Below are positions 18,256-28,062 of a stretch of 30,680 bases of DNA, one piece after another. Made by a program: the position numbers and the translations under genes. The stretch covers positions 1-30,680 of the forward strand of contig JANOEV010000146.1 in NCBI GenBank assembly GCA_031413695.1, in the 5' to 3' direction. The notes beneath the pieces are model-generated. The model was not told where the DNA came from. It saw nothing but the letters and a program-made list of their open reading frames with translations, and did no database searches. Each line of letters opens with the position of its first letter. The first letter of the stretch is position 1. The DNA comes from Burkholderiales bacterium. Lineage in GTDB: Bacteria; Pseudomonadota; Gammaproteobacteria; Burkholderiales; Usitatibacteraceae.

Positions 18256-19023
18256 ATGACCAATGTATCCCCGCCCAACATGCCGTCGTCCGCCACGCCC
18301 AGCTTCCAGCCGCTTTACGAGCAAATCAAGACGCTTATTACAAAAAGCCTGGTGTCCAGCGAATGGAAGCCCGGTGAGGCGATTCCGTCGGAAATGGAGC
18401 TGGCAACCCGTTTCGGCGTCAGCCAGGGTACCGTGCGCAAGGCAATTGATGCGCTGGCGGCGGAATTCATTGTTGTACGAAGGCAGGGTAAGGGTACCTT
18501 TGTCGCCACCCATACCGCGCCCAGTCAACAATATCGCTTTTTGCGGGTCCGACGCGATGACCGGAGCCATGTCGGTGCGGTGGTTCATCCAACCACAACA
18601 TTTATCGGCTTGGAGCGGGTGAAAGCGGATGCTGTCACGGCGGCAACGCTCGCGTTGCGTACCGGAACCTTAGTCACGGTCATCAAGCGCTTGCTGGTAT
18701 TTGCCGGACGTCCGCTCATCTTCGACCAGATACATTTGACCAACGCGGAGTTCCCCGGGCTGGCGATGGCGTCACTCGAGGCATCGCACGGTTCAATCTA
18801 CAGCTTCCTCGAGTCCGCCTATGGCGTGCGCATGATTCGGGCGGAGGAGAAAATCAAGGCGGTCGCGGCCGACCGGATCTCCGCCAAACATCTGAAGTTG
18901 TCGGTAGGCGCGCCATTGTTGAGCGTCGACCGGGTTGCCTATACATACGGTGACAAACCTGTTGAGTGGCGGCGCGGGTTATGTTTGACCGAGGGCTATT
19001 CGTATTTCAACGAATTGGCATGA
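18256..19023 (+). CDS. GntR family (HutC subfamily, UTRA domain) transcriptional regulator, SdhR-like
   Basis: PLYEQIK...WKPGEAIPSEMELATRFGVSQGTVRKAIDAL..RRQGKGTFV wHTH, C-terminal UTRA (IRAEEKIKAV, LLSVDRVAYTYGDKPVEWRRG); TCA-cluster context. Confidence 0.9.
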   Translation: MTNVSPPNMPSSATPSFQPLYEQIKTLITKSLVSSEWKPGEAIPSEMELATRFGVSQGTVRKAIDALAAEFIVVRRQGKGTFVATHTAPSQQYRFLRVRRDDRSHVGAVVHPTTTFIGLERVKADAVTAATLALRTGTLVTVIKRLLVFAGRPLIFDQIHLTNAEFPGLAMASLEASHGSIYSFLESAYGVRMIRAEEKIKAVAADRISAKHLKLSVGAPLLSVDRVAYTYGDKPVEWRRGLCLTEGYSYFNELA

Positions 19024-19202
19024 TTCCCAAATGCCCGGCTTGGCCGGTGCGTGATCACCGCGACCCATCAACCCTACCGCGACTGTCTGCCTGCCAATAA
19101 TTGATCGTTCTTGTCGATCCGGCAACAACGGACCTTCGCAGCAAGCCGCCAGCGACGGGTAACGGCCCCAAGGCTGCCCGCGCACAGAATCCCGGTCAAC
19201 AT

Positions 19203-19216
19203 TTGACGGGGATCAA
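19203..19216. promoter_or_regulatory. FNR/Anr/Dnr-type box upstream of nrdJ
   Basis: TTGAC-GGGG-ATCAA, 9/10 match to TTGAT-N4-ATCAA, about 93 nt upstream of the predicted start. Confidence 0.6.
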
Positions 19217-19308
19217 GAGATCGATCAGCTATTGATCGACAATAGCGCATGGCATCGGTTGGTCAGATCAAATGACCGCCCGCAGGTCACTTACCCTTTT
19301 TTCCTGGG

Positions 19309-22182
19309 ATGTTTATGGATACGCGTCATACCGCTCCAGCCGATGAGGCTGTCACTAGGTCGTCGATCGTGTCGTCTGATTTGAACGCATTGCCCGAACA
19401 AGCGATTTCACGCGAGGTATTGCTGGAGAAATACGCTAAAGGCGACGAGGCCAGCGTGCACGCGGTCCGCTGGCGTGTGGCCAACGCATTGGCGGCGGTC
19501 GAACGTCCAGTTCAACGCGATGAATGGGCGCAGCGTTTCTTTGCGGCACAAGAGGCGGGGTTTATCGCGGCCGGCCGCATCAATTCCGCGGCAGGCACCA
19601 CACTGTCGGCGACGTTGATCAATTGTTTTGTGCAACCGGTCGGTGATTCAATTACCGAAGTCGTTGACGGCACCCCGGGAATCTATACTGCGCTCGCCGA
19701 AGCCGCCGAGACGATGCGGCGTGGCGGCGGCGTCGGCTACGATTTTTCGGCAATCCGCCCGGAAGGCGCATGGGTGCGCGGTACGGATTCGCGGGCAAGC
19801 GGACCGGTGTCGTATATGAAAGTGTTTGATCGTTCCTGTGAAACCGTCGAGTCTGCCGGTTCACGCCGCGGCGCACAAATGGGCGTGTTACGTTGTGACC
19901 ACCCGGATATTGAAACTTTCATTCACGCCAAGGACGGCGGCGGGCTCACCAACTTCAATATTTCGGTCGGTGTCAGCGATGCGTTTATGCAGGCGGTTGA
20001 GGTGGATGGGCCGATTGACCTGGTACACCGTGCCGAGCCCTCGCCTGAAGTGATGGCAACGGGTGGATCTCGGCGCGCGGACGGACAATGGGTTTATCGG
20101 ACCTTGCCCGCCCGCAGGTTGTGGGCGCAGATTATGCAGTCGACCTACGACCATGCCGAGCCGGGCATTTTGTTTCTGGACACCATCAACCGTGACAACA
20201 ATCTGAACTATTGTGAGTCCATCGCGGCAACCAATCCCTGCGGTGAACAACCACTGCCGCCGTACGGCTGTTGCTGCCTTGGCTCGATCGATCTGACACG
20301 ATTTGTGTTGGCGGCTTTTGCGCAAGACTGTTCGTTCAATTTTGATGCTTTCAGTGATGTGATCGAAACAGCGGTGCGGATGCTCGACAACGTCCTCGAT
20401 GTCACCGAGTGGCCCCTTTCCGCACAGCATGACGAAGCACGCGCCAAGCGGCGCATCGGGCTTGGCTTTACCGGCTTGGGAGACGCACTTGCCATGTTGC
20501 GGCTGCGATACGACACGCCAGCGGCGCGCGACATGGCGTCAACGATCGCCGCGTTCTTGCGTGATCGTGCTTATGCAGCGTCAGTGGCGCTGGCCGAAGA
20601 GCGTGGGGCCTTTCCACTGTTTGACGCCAATCGATATCTGTCGGGCGGCAATTTTGCCTCCCGTCTACCGGAAAATCTCCGCGCAGACATCCAAAAACAC
20701 GGCATCCGCAATTCACACCTGCTGTCAATCGCGCCGACGGGTACGATTTCACTCGCCTTCGCCGACAATGCGTCCAATGGCATCGAGCCGCCATTTTCAT
20801 ATACCTATCAGCGCAAAAAGCGCAATGCGGATGGGTCGCACAAGCACTACATGGTCGAGGATCATGCGTGGCGGCTGTTCAGACACGCTGGTGGCGATGT
20901 TGAAAATCTGCCGGACTACTTTGTCACGGCGCTTGAGATTTCCGCGGGCGCGCACCTGCAGATGGTCGCCGCCGTGGCACCTTACATCGACACTGCAATT
21001 TCAAAAACGGTCAATGTTGCCGAGGATTACCCTTACGAGGACTTTGAACATCTTTATATCGATGCTTGGAAATCACAGCTCAAGGGAATCGCCACTTACC
21101 GGCCAAACAGCGTACTCGGTTCGGTCCTGTCAGTCACGCCCCCGATGCAGGCGGCAGTTCCGGACAAGCACAACGCGCGACTGGCGATTGATTCGTTGCC
21201 GGCGCCGGTGTTGGCCTCCCTGCGTTGGCCGGGGCGGCCGGAGCTTTGCGATGGCAACGACGCGTGGACATACATGATCGAGTCTCCCCATGGCCGGTTT
21301 GCGTTGTTCGTCGGACACATTGAGGAGAACGGCAAGGCGTTCCCGTTTGAAGTCTGGGTCAACGGCACCGAACAGCCACGGGGGTTGGGTGCCGTTGCAA
21401 AAACGCTGTCGATGGATATGCGCGCCAATGACCGTGGCTGGCTCGCGCTAAAGCTCGACGCACTGACCAGCACCGGTGGTGATGAGCCGTTTGACATGCG
21501 GTTCCCGCCAGTCGGTGAAAAACAGCGAATGCCAAGCGTCGTTTCCGCAATCGCGCAGATTATTCGCTACCGGTGTGAGCGACTCCACACATTTGAAGGG
21601 TCTGGCGGCACGCCGGTGCTCGATGTGATGTTCTCTGTGGATGAACCACGAACTGGCGTTGACGGGACACTGTCATGGACGGTTGACGTTGCCAATCCGG
21701 CGGCAAGCGACGATTTTGTTCTGGGGCTGAAAGAAGTCACGCTGCCCGATGGCACAACACGGCCCTACTCGATGTGGTTGTCAGGAAACTACCCGCGGAC
21801 CCTCGATGGCTTGTCGCGGATTCTTTCGCTGGACATGCGCGTGCATGATCCGGCGTGGATCGGCATGAAGCTCCGCAAGTTGCTGAACTACGCCGAACCG
21901 CTTGGCGATTTCATGGCATTTGTGCCGGGTGAACGCCGCCAGCAAAACTGGCCATCCACGGTTGCCTACATCGCGCGCCTGCTTATCCATCGCTACAACA
22001 CGCTCGGCGTGCTTGACAAAAACGGCTATCCGACAAGGGACATGGGTATTCTCGATGTGCCGCAGCAGCCCAGACGGTTGATGAGGGGCGGTGTTTGTCG
22101 TGAATGCGGACATCATGCGGTGATTCGCAAAGACGGCTGTGATTTTTGTGGTGCTTGTGGTTGGATTGGTGTTTGCGGCTAA
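19309..22182 (+). CDS. nrdJ: Adenosylcobalamin-dependent (class II) ribonucleotide reductase NrdJ
   Basis: [44 protein letters not shown] (N-C-E), [33 protein letters not shown]; C-terminal CRECG...CDFCGACG zinc ribbon; no small-subunit gene nearby. Start may be 19309 or 19315. Confidence 0.92.
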   Translation: MFMDTRHTAPADEAVTRSSIVSSDLNALPEQAISREVLLEKYAKGDEASVHAVRWRVANALAAVERPVQRDEWAQRFFAAQEAGFIAAGRINSAAGTTLSATLINCFVQPVGDSITEVVDGTPGIYTALAEAAETMRRGGGVGYDFSAIRPEGAWVRGTDSRASGPVSYMKVFDRSCETVESAGSRRGAQMGVLRCDHPDIETFIHAKDGGGLTNFNISVGVSDAFMQAVEVDGPIDLVHRAEPSPEVMATGGSRRADGQWVYRTLPARRLWAQIMQSTYDHAEPGILFLDTINRDNNLNYCESIAATNPCGEQPLPPYGCCCLGSIDLTRFVLAAFAQDCSFNFDAFSDVIETAVRMLDNVLDVTEWPLSAQHDEARAKRRIGLGFTGLGDALAMLRLRYDTPAARDMASTIAAFLRDRAYAASVALAEERGAFPLFDANRYLSGGNFASRLPENLRADIQKHGIRNSHLLSIAPTGTISLAFADNASNGIEPPFSYTYQRKKRNADGSHKHYMVEDHAWRLFRHAGGDVENLPDYFVTALEISAGAHLQMVAAVAPYIDTAISKTVNVAEDYPYEDFEHLYIDAWKSQLKGIATYRPNSVLGSVLSVTPPMQAAVPDKHNARLAIDSLPAPVLASLRWPGRPELCDGNDAWTYMIESPHGRFALFVGHIEENGKAFPFEVWVNGTEQPRGLGAVAKTLSMDMRANDRGWLALKLDALTSTGGDEPFDMRFPPVGEKQRMPSVVSAIAQIIRYRCERLHTFEGSGGTPVLDVMFSVDEPRTGVDGTLSWTVDVANPAASDDFVLGLKEVTLPDGTTRPYSMWLSGNYPRTLDGLSRILSLDMRVHDPAWIGMKLRKLLNYAEPLGDFMAFVPGERRQQNWPSTVAYIARLLIHRYNTLGVLDKNGYPTRDMGILDVPQQPRRLMRGGVCRECGHHAVIRKDGCDFCGACGWIGVCG

Positions 22183-22206
22183 ACCGTTTTCGCATTTGCC
22201 GCCCGG

Positions 22207-22548
22207 CTATTGTTTTCCCGCCAGCTTTCTCAACACCGCGTCATTCATCCACTCGTTAAGGCTGACGCCACTTGATCGGGCCTCAATCAGCACGGCAGCG
22301 TGCACTTCCGGGGCGAGTCGGACCAGTATTTTCCCCGCGGCTGGTTTTTCCGGGTCAATGCCAGCCTCCTGACAAACCATCAGATAGTGGTCGATGGCAA
22401 ACATAAAATCGCCACGCAATTCGTCGACACTTGCACCGTAAAACGAGATTGCTTCCGACAATCCGAGCACGCTGCCGGCAAAAACGCCGTCGGCTTCATC
22501 GAAGTCGATGCGGGCGATGTATCCGCGGTAGCGCATGATGTTTTTCAT
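22207..22548 (-). CDS. hicB: HicB-family antitoxin (RNase H-like N-terminus plus ribbon-helix-helix), no adjacent hicA
   Basis: MKNIMRYRGYIARIDFDEADGVFAGSVLGLSEAISFYGASVDELRGDFMFAIDHYL...PEKPAAGKILVRLAPEVH...SGVSLNEWM is the typical proteobacterial HicB pattern. Start moved to ATG 22548 (113 aa). Confidence 0.88.
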   Translation of the reverse strand: MKNIMRYRGYIARIDFDEADGVFAGSVLGLSEAISFYGASVDELRGDFMFAIDHYLMVCQEAGIDPEKPAAGKILVRLAPEVHAAVLIEARSSGVSLNEWMNDAVLRKLAGKQ

Positions 22549-22645
22549 GATTGGCGTGGCGGGATCGGCGCCAGATGGCATATGCGGGCGTCCGTCAACG
22601 TCGGGACAAAAGTGGCAACGGACCTGACAAAATCTAACAAAAAGT

Positions 22646-22669
22646 ATGATATCAAATAATGATATCAAA
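22646..22669. promoter_or_regulatory. Tandem ATGATATCAAA boxes, probable HicB (RHH) operator
   Basis: ATGATATCAAA at 22646-22656 and 22659-22669 (13-bp period), each containing the palindrome TGATATCA, about 100 nt upstream of hicB. Confidence 0.55.
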
Positions 22670-23028
22670 GTATATTTTTTGGCTGAAGCCTGGATGCCAG
22701 TCTGACGCCAGCCCGATGTTTGGCCAAAAAAACATTTTAAAACAGATGGTTACGACTAAATGGTGGACGCTTTTAGGCGGTTGATCCGGTCAAATGAATA
22801 GCCGGCAAAACGCTACTCATTTCAATGCATTTCCGTTTAGAATCAACCGCTCTAATGTGTGTTGCAGCGCATTGCAAATGTGCTTTTCAAATTGAATTTG
22901 CGTGCAATCAATCAGGTAACGAAATTTAACGTGGCGCCCAGGCAAAACAGGCGAGTAGTTACGTGTCGATATCGATTGCAGCGCCGCACCAACGCAACAT
23001 CGCGTCTTGAACAATAAAAGGTACCTGC

Positions 23029-23436
23029 ATGTCATCACGCCCGACTTCCAGCCCCACGTCAGCCACTGCGCGACCCAAGTACGTTGATCTAAATCTGCTC
23101 AACCTGCCGGTGCCCGGCCTGGTGTCAATTTTTCATCGCGTCACCGGCGTGGCCATGTTTGCACTCTTGATCCCGCTGGTGTTGTATGTCCTGCAAACAA
23201 CGCTCACGTCTGAATCGGGATTCGCCGCCTGGCGGGGGTACTTTGCGAACCCTGTATTTAAAATAATCTTGATTGGATTTATCTGGTCATTTATGCACCA
23301 TTTGTTTGCCGGCATCCGCTATCTATTACTCGACCTGCATATCGGGATCGACCTCGCGCCGGCACGATTGTCGGCCAAGCTGGTGCTCATTGCTGGCGCC
23401 ATCAGCACGCTGATTTTTGCCGTGCGCATTTGGTAG
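23029..23436 (+). CDS. sdhC: Succinate dehydrogenase cytochrome b556 subunit
   Basis: RPKYVDL..LNLPVPGLVSIFHRVTG, FMHHLFAGIRYLLLDL; three hydrophobic helices; first gene of the sdh cluster. Confidence 0.93.
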   Translation: MSSRPTSSPTSATARPKYVDLNLLNLPVPGLVSIFHRVTGVAMFALLIPLVLYVLQTTLTSESGFAAWRGYFANPVFKIILIGFIWSFMHHLFAGIRYLLLDLHIGIDLAPARLSAKLVLIAGAISTLIFAVRIW

Positions 23437-23451
23437 AGAAAGACGACAAAA

Positions 23452-23799
23452 ATGGTAAATAAACAACCCGTTGGCGCACATTACGGCTGGAAAGACTGGC
23501 TGATTCAGCGTGTGACCGCCGTCATCATGCTGTTATTCAGTGTCGTCATCATCGGTTTTTTCCTGGTGCATGGCAGCGTCAGCTACGGCGAATGGAAACA
23601 GCTGTTCGGCAGCCCGATCATGCGAATTTTGACGCTCGTGTTTTTTCTTTCGGTGTTTTATCACGCCTGGATCGGCATGCGCGACGTATTGATGGACTAC
23701 GTCAAGCCGTTGTGGATCCGTTTGCTTTCGCAAGTTGTGGTTTGTTTGTTCCTGATCGTATGTTCGATCTGGACGGTTTCTATCCTCTGGGGCAACTAG
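23452..23799 (+). CDS. sdhD: Succinate dehydrogenase hydrophobic membrane anchor
   Basis: GAHYGWKDWLIQRVTAV, YHAWIGMRDVLMDYVKP. Confidence 0.95.
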   Translation: MVNKQPVGAHYGWKDWLIQRVTAVIMLLFSVVIIGFFLVHGSVSYGEWKQLFGSPIMRILTLVFFLSVFYHAWIGMRDVLMDYVKPLWIRLLSQVVVCLFLIVCSIWTVSILWGN

Positions 23800-23802
23800 A
23801 AA

Positions 23803-25602
23803 ATGGCTCTTCCGCTTTCTCCTTTACCGGTTCGTAAATTCGATGCTGTCGTTGTAGGTGCCGGTGGTTCCGGCTTGCGCGCCGCACTGCAACTTTCCAC
23901 AGCGGGGCTGAAAGTCGCCGTGCTGTCAAAAGTTTTCCCAACCCGCTCGCACACGGTTGCGGCGCAGGGCGGGGTCGGTGCATCGCTCGGCAATATGGGC
24001 GAGGATAGCTGGCACTGGCATATGTATGACACCATCAAGGGCTCCGACTGGCTCGGCGATCAGGATGCAATTGAGTTCATGTGTAAAAATGCGCCCGACG
24101 CGGTTATCGAACTGGAACACTTCGGCATGCCGTTTGACCGCAATGACAACGGCACCATCTATCAGCGCCCGTTTGGCGGACACTCGCAAAATTTCGGCGA
24201 GCGGCCCGTCCAGCGATCATGTGCGGCGGCGGACCGCACCGGCCACGCGATGTTGCATACCCTGTATCAACGAAATGTGTTCGCCAATACGCAATTTTTT
24301 GTCGAATGGATGGCGCTTGACCTGATCCGCGACGACGCCGGCGACGTTGTCGGTGTAACAGCGATGGAAATGGAAACCGGCGAGACCATGATTTTCCATG
24401 CCAAGGCGACGCTGTTCGCAACCGGTGGGGCCGGCCGCATTTATGCATCGTCGACCAACGCTTACATTAATACCGGTGACGGACTCGGCATGGCAGCGCG
24501 CGCGGGTATCCCGCTGGAAGATATGGAATTCTGGCAGTTTCATCCAACCGGCGTCGCCGGCGCGGGTGTGTTGATTACCGAGGGCGTACGCGGCGAGGGC
24601 GGCATTCTGCTCAACGCCAACGGTGAACGATTTATGGAGCGGTACGCGCCGACCATGAAGGACCTGGCGTCACGGGACGTGGTTTCACGTGCAATGGCGA
24701 CTGAAATCAAGGAGGGTCGTGGCGCCGGTCCAAACAAGGATTACATCCTGTTGAAGCTCGACCATCTGGGTCCCGACGTCATCAACAAACGTCTTCCGGG
24801 TATCCGTGAAATCGCGCTCAAATTCGGGAATGTCGATTGCACCAAAGACCCGATCCCGGTGGTGCCGACCTGTCACTACCAGATGGGCGGCATCCCGACC
24901 AACTATTTGGCTGAGGTCGTGGTGCCGAAAGACGGCAACCCGAACAGTGTTGTGGCGGGTTTTTATGCGGCGGGAGAGTGCGGATGCGCGTCGATACATG
25001 GCGCCAACCGGCTCGGGACGAATTCATTGACAGATTTGCTGGTGATGGGAAAATCAGCCGGCGACTCAATGGTCAAATACATCCGCGAAAACAACGCATT
25101 CAAACCGTTGCCTGCCAATGCCGGCGACGTCTCAATGGCACGTCTGGCAAGACTGGACAACCAGACCGGCGGCGAATCGGTGCACGAAGTCGGTGATGCG
25201 ATGCGTCAAACCATGCAGGCGCACTGCGGTGTTTTTCGTTTCCCCGACATGCTTGTTTCTGGTGTTGAGAAGATGAAGGAAATTGCGGAACGCGCAGCGC
25301 GCACCGAAATAAAGGACAAGTCGAAAGTGTTCAACACCGCGCGTATCGAAGCGCTTGAGTTGGACAATTTGATCGAAGTGGCGGTCTCGACCATGGTGTC
25401 CGCCGAAGCGCGTAAGGAAACACGCGGCGCACACGACCGTGCCGATTGCCATGACCGCCCGGGCTTTACTGCCGGACGTGACGATGCCAACTGGCTCAAA
25501 CACACACTCTGGTACAAGGATGGCAACACGCTCGACTACAAACCGGTCAATCTGAATCCATTGACGGTTGAATCGTTTGCCCCCAAAGCGCGCGTGTATT
25601 GA
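23803..25602 (+). CDS. sdhA: Succinate dehydrogenase flavoprotein subunit
   Basis: VVVGAGGSG, PTRSHTVAAQGG (FAD-His), QFHPTG, LITEGVRGEGG, DLASRDVVSR, HYQMGG, HGANRLGTNSL. Confidence 0.97.
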   Translation: MALPLSPLPVRKFDAVVVGAGGSGLRAALQLSTAGLKVAVLSKVFPTRSHTVAAQGGVGASLGNMGEDSWHWHMYDTIKGSDWLGDQDAIEFMCKNAPDAVIELEHFGMPFDRNDNGTIYQRPFGGHSQNFGERPVQRSCAAADRTGHAMLHTLYQRNVFANTQFFVEWMALDLIRDDAGDVVGVTAMEMETGETMIFHAKATLFATGGAGRIYASSTNAYINTGDGLGMAARAGIPLEDMEFWQFHPTGVAGAGVLITEGVRGEGGILLNANGERFMERYAPTMKDLASRDVVSRAMATEIKEGRGAGPNKDYILLKLDHLGPDVINKRLPGIREIALKFGNVDCTKDPIPVVPTCHYQMGGIPTNYLAEVVVPKDGNPNSVVAGFYAAGECGCASIHGANRLGTNSLTDLLVMGKSAGDSMVKYIRENNAFKPLPANAGDVSMARLARLDNQTGGESVHEVGDAMRQTMQAHCGVFRFPDMLVSGVEKMKEIAERAARTEIKDKSKVFNTARIEALELDNLIEVAVSTMVSAEARKETRGAHDRADCHDRPGFTAGRDDANWLKHTLWYKDGNTLDYKPVNLNPLTVESFAPKARVY

Positions 25603-25632
25603 CCCCCGACCCAGAGAAAACGGAACTGACAA

Positions 25633-26328
25633 ATGAAATTCAAGATTCTTCGCTTCGATCCTGACGTTGATAAAAAACCGTATTTCAAGGAATACGACAT
25701 CGCACTTGAGCCGACCGATCGCATGTTGCTGGATGCGCTGATTCGCATCAAGTCAATCGATGACACACTCGCGCTGCGCCGTTCGTGTCGCGAGGGCGTG
25801 TGCGGCTCGGATGCAATGAACATCAACGGCAAAAACGGGTTGGCGTGTATCACCAAGATTGTCGAGCTCAGTGAGCCGGTGGTGCTTAAGCCGCTGCCCG
25901 GCTTGCCGATCATTCGTGACCTGATTGTCGACATGACGCAGTTTTTCACGCAATACCATTCGATCAAGCCGTTTGTCATCAACAACGACCCGCCGCCCGA
26001 AAAGGAGCGCTTGCAGTCACCGTCAGACCGGCTCGAACTCGATGGTTTGTATGAGTGCATTTTGTGTGCCTGTTGCTCAACATCATGCCCTTCGTTCTGG
26101 TGGAACCCCGACAAATTTGTCGGCCCGGCCGGCCTGCTCGCCGCATATCGCTTCATCGCCGACACCCGTGATCACGCCACCAATGAGCGTTTGGACAATC
26201 TTGAAGATCCTTACCGGCTGTTTCGTTGCCACACGATCATGAATTGTGTCGACGTTTGCCCCAAAGGACTCAATCCGTCGCTGGCGATTGGCAAAATCAA
26301 AGAGATGATGGTGAAGCGGGCGGTGTGA
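25633..26328 (+). CDS. sdhB: Succinate dehydrogenase iron-sulfur subunit
   Basis: [35 protein letters not shown]. Confidence 0.97.
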   Translation: MKFKILRFDPDVDKKPYFKEYDIALEPTDRMLLDALIRIKSIDDTLALRRSCREGVCGSDAMNINGKNGLACITKIVELSEPVVLKPLPGLPIIRDLIVDMTQFFTQYHSIKPFVINNDPPPEKERLQSPSDRLELDGLYECILCACCSTSCPSFWWNPDKFVGPAGLLAAYRFIADTRDHATNERLDNLEDPYRLFRCHTIMNCVDVCPKGLNPSLAIGKIKEMMVKRAV

Positions 26329-26609
26329 TGGAAGACCGTGTCTACGACCGAATCAGGTGGCGCGCGCGACGGGGATTGCTCGAAAACGACATTTTGCTGG
26401 AACGTTTTTTTGAATTGGAATTGATGGCACTTTCGCCGGATGAATTGCAACAACTGGATGCCTTGTTACAGCTTGGCGATAACGAGTTGCTGGATATTTT
26501 GATGGGTCGCAAATTGTGCGGGGTGGCGGCGTTACAACCGATTGCCGCACGTATCGTGGCGGCATCGGCGGGAAAGTTGAACAGTATTTCGCAGGGCGTG
26601 CAGGGGTGA
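26328..26609 (+). CDS. sdhE: Succinate dehydrogenase FAD assembly factor SdhE (93 aa)
   Basis: [18 protein letters not shown] (RGxxE-like motif), [11 protein letters not shown]; ATG 26328 overlaps the sdhB stop (TGATG). Confidence 0.9.
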   Translation: MEDRVYDRIRWRARRGLLENDILLERFFELELMALSPDELQQLDALLQLGDNELLDILMGRKLCGVAALQPIAARIVAASAGKLNSISQGVQG

Positions 26610-26673
26610 TGATGGCGGTTGGTATGCGCAGTCGGTGGCAACACAAATAATCGAACGCAATGGGAGAATTCAA

Positions 26674-27972
26674 ATGGACGCAATGGCACCTAAAGGAAAA
26701 GCAGTTCTCAACTATGCCGACGGCAAATCGGTCGACCTCCCCGTTTTTGGCGGCTCGCACGGGCCGGACGTCATTGATATCCGCAAGCTCTATGGTCAGA
26801 CCGGCATGTTTACCTATGATCCCGGGTTTTTGTCGACATCATCGTGCAATTCGACCATCACGTTCATTGACGGCGACAAGGGTGAATTGTTGTATCGCGG
26901 TTATCCGATTGAGCAACTCGCGAATAAATGCAATTTCATGCAGGTTTGTTATTTGCTGCTGAACGGTGAATTGCCAAATGCCGAACAGGACAAGGATTTT
27001 GTCGCGCGCGTGACCAACCACACCATGGTGCACGAGCAAATGCAGTTTTTCCTGCGGGGATTTCGCCGCGACGCCCATCCGATGGCGGTAATGACCGGAT
27101 TGGTCGGTGCAATGTCGGCGTTTTATCCCGACTCGATGAATCTGCACGACAAGGAACAACGCGACATTTCCGCCATCAGGCTGATTGCAAAGCTGCCAAC
27201 CCTGACCGCACTCGCATACAAATACACCGTCGGTCAGCCGACCATTTATCCGCGTAATGATCTTGGCTACACGGCAAATTTCATGCGCATGATGTTTGCG
27301 GTGCCCGCCGAAGAATACAAGGTCAATGACGTGCTGGTGCGCGCGCTTGACCGCATTTTTATCCTGCACGCCGACCACGAGCAAAACGCCTCGACGTCCA
27401 CGGTGCGTTTGTGTGCGTCATCGGGCACCAACCCGTTTGCCGCCATCGCCGCCGGCGTCGCATGCCTGTGGGGTCCGGCGCATGGTGGCGCCAATGAAGC
27501 CGCGCTAAACATGCTGTACGACATACAGCGCGAAGGTGGCGTTGCCAAGATCGGTGAATTTATTGCCAAAGTAAAGGACAAAAATTCGAACGTGCGTTTG
27601 ATGGGATTTGGCCATCGTGTTTATAAGAACCACGACCCGCGCGCCAAACTGATGCGCGAAACCTGCCACGAAGTATTGACTGAACTCGGTCTGCAGGACG
27701 ACCCTCTGTTTAAGCTGGCAATGGCATTGGAAAAAATCGCGCTGGAAGATGATTATTTTGTTTCGCGAAAGTTGTATCCAAACGTCGATTTCTATTCCGG
27801 CATTGTGCAAAAGGCGATCGGTATTCCGGTACCGCTGTTCACCGCCATTTTCGCACTTGCCAGAACTGTCGGCTGGATTGCGCAACTGAACGAAATGATC
27901 GCCGATCCGGAATACAAGATAGGCCGTCCGCGCCAGTTGTACGTCGGCGCGCAACGTCGCGACGTGAAATAA
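26674..27972 (+). CDS. gltA: Citrate synthase (type II)
   Basis: [62 protein letters not shown]; GGAGA RBS upstream of ATG 26674. Confidence 0.96.
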   Translation: MDAMAPKGKAVLNYADGKSVDLPVFGGSHGPDVIDIRKLYGQTGMFTYDPGFLSTSSCNSTITFIDGDKGELLYRGYPIEQLANKCNFMQVCYLLLNGELPNAEQDKDFVARVTNHTMVHEQMQFFLRGFRRDAHPMAVMTGLVGAMSAFYPDSMNLHDKEQRDISAIRLIAKLPTLTALAYKYTVGQPTIYPRNDLGYTANFMRMMFAVPAEEYKVNDVLVRALDRIFILHADHEQNASTSTVRLCASSGTNPFAAIAAGVACLWGPAHGGANEAALNMLYDIQREGGVAKIGEFIAKVKDKNSNVRLMGFGHRVYKNHDPRAKLMRETCHEVLTELGLQDDPLFKLAMALEKIALEDDYFVSRKLYPNVDFYSGIVQKAIGIPVPLFTAIFALARTVGWIAQLNEMIADPEYKIGRPRQLYVGAQRRDVK

Positions 27973-28062
27973 TTTTTATTGGTCGGCGCGAAATGTCTTG
28001 TGCGCCGAACTGCCGGAAATTATCAGGCCGGCAAACCATATGAGACTCAGAGGTAATCGATC

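Noticed and set aside
19030-19170. Possible cobalamin riboswitch before nrdJ (fragments CCGGTGCG, CCGCGACTGT, GCCAG)
   Set aside because: The conserved GGGAA and correctly spaced B12-box elements are not evident. An Infernal search with the cobalamin models would settle it.
19309-22182. Intein or intron in nrdJ
   Set aside because: Catalytic motifs are contiguous, with no splice-junction or homing-endonuclease motifs; extra length is explained by the C-terminal duplication.
22545-22640. 31-codon TTG-start ORF ending in an ATGA overlap with hicB, and an in-frame RPH tripeptide, as a possible hicA remnant
   Set aside because: The peptide shows no real HicA similarity and is far too short; a three-residue match is expected by chance.
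22898-22911. FNR-like TTGCG-TGCA-ATCAA upstream of sdhC
   Set aside because: Only 8/10 match with a poor left half-site in an AT-rich region; not distinguishable from chance without conservation data.
4213-26673. Longest-ORF starts for TraB/GumN (5334), prpF (9555), VOC (13696), prpB (15143), CitE-like genes (16158, 18154), hicB (22668), sdhE (26226) and gltA (26635)
   Set aside because: The extensions overlap neighbours, terminators or operators and lack family similarity; downstream ATGs fit stop/start coupling or RBS position better.
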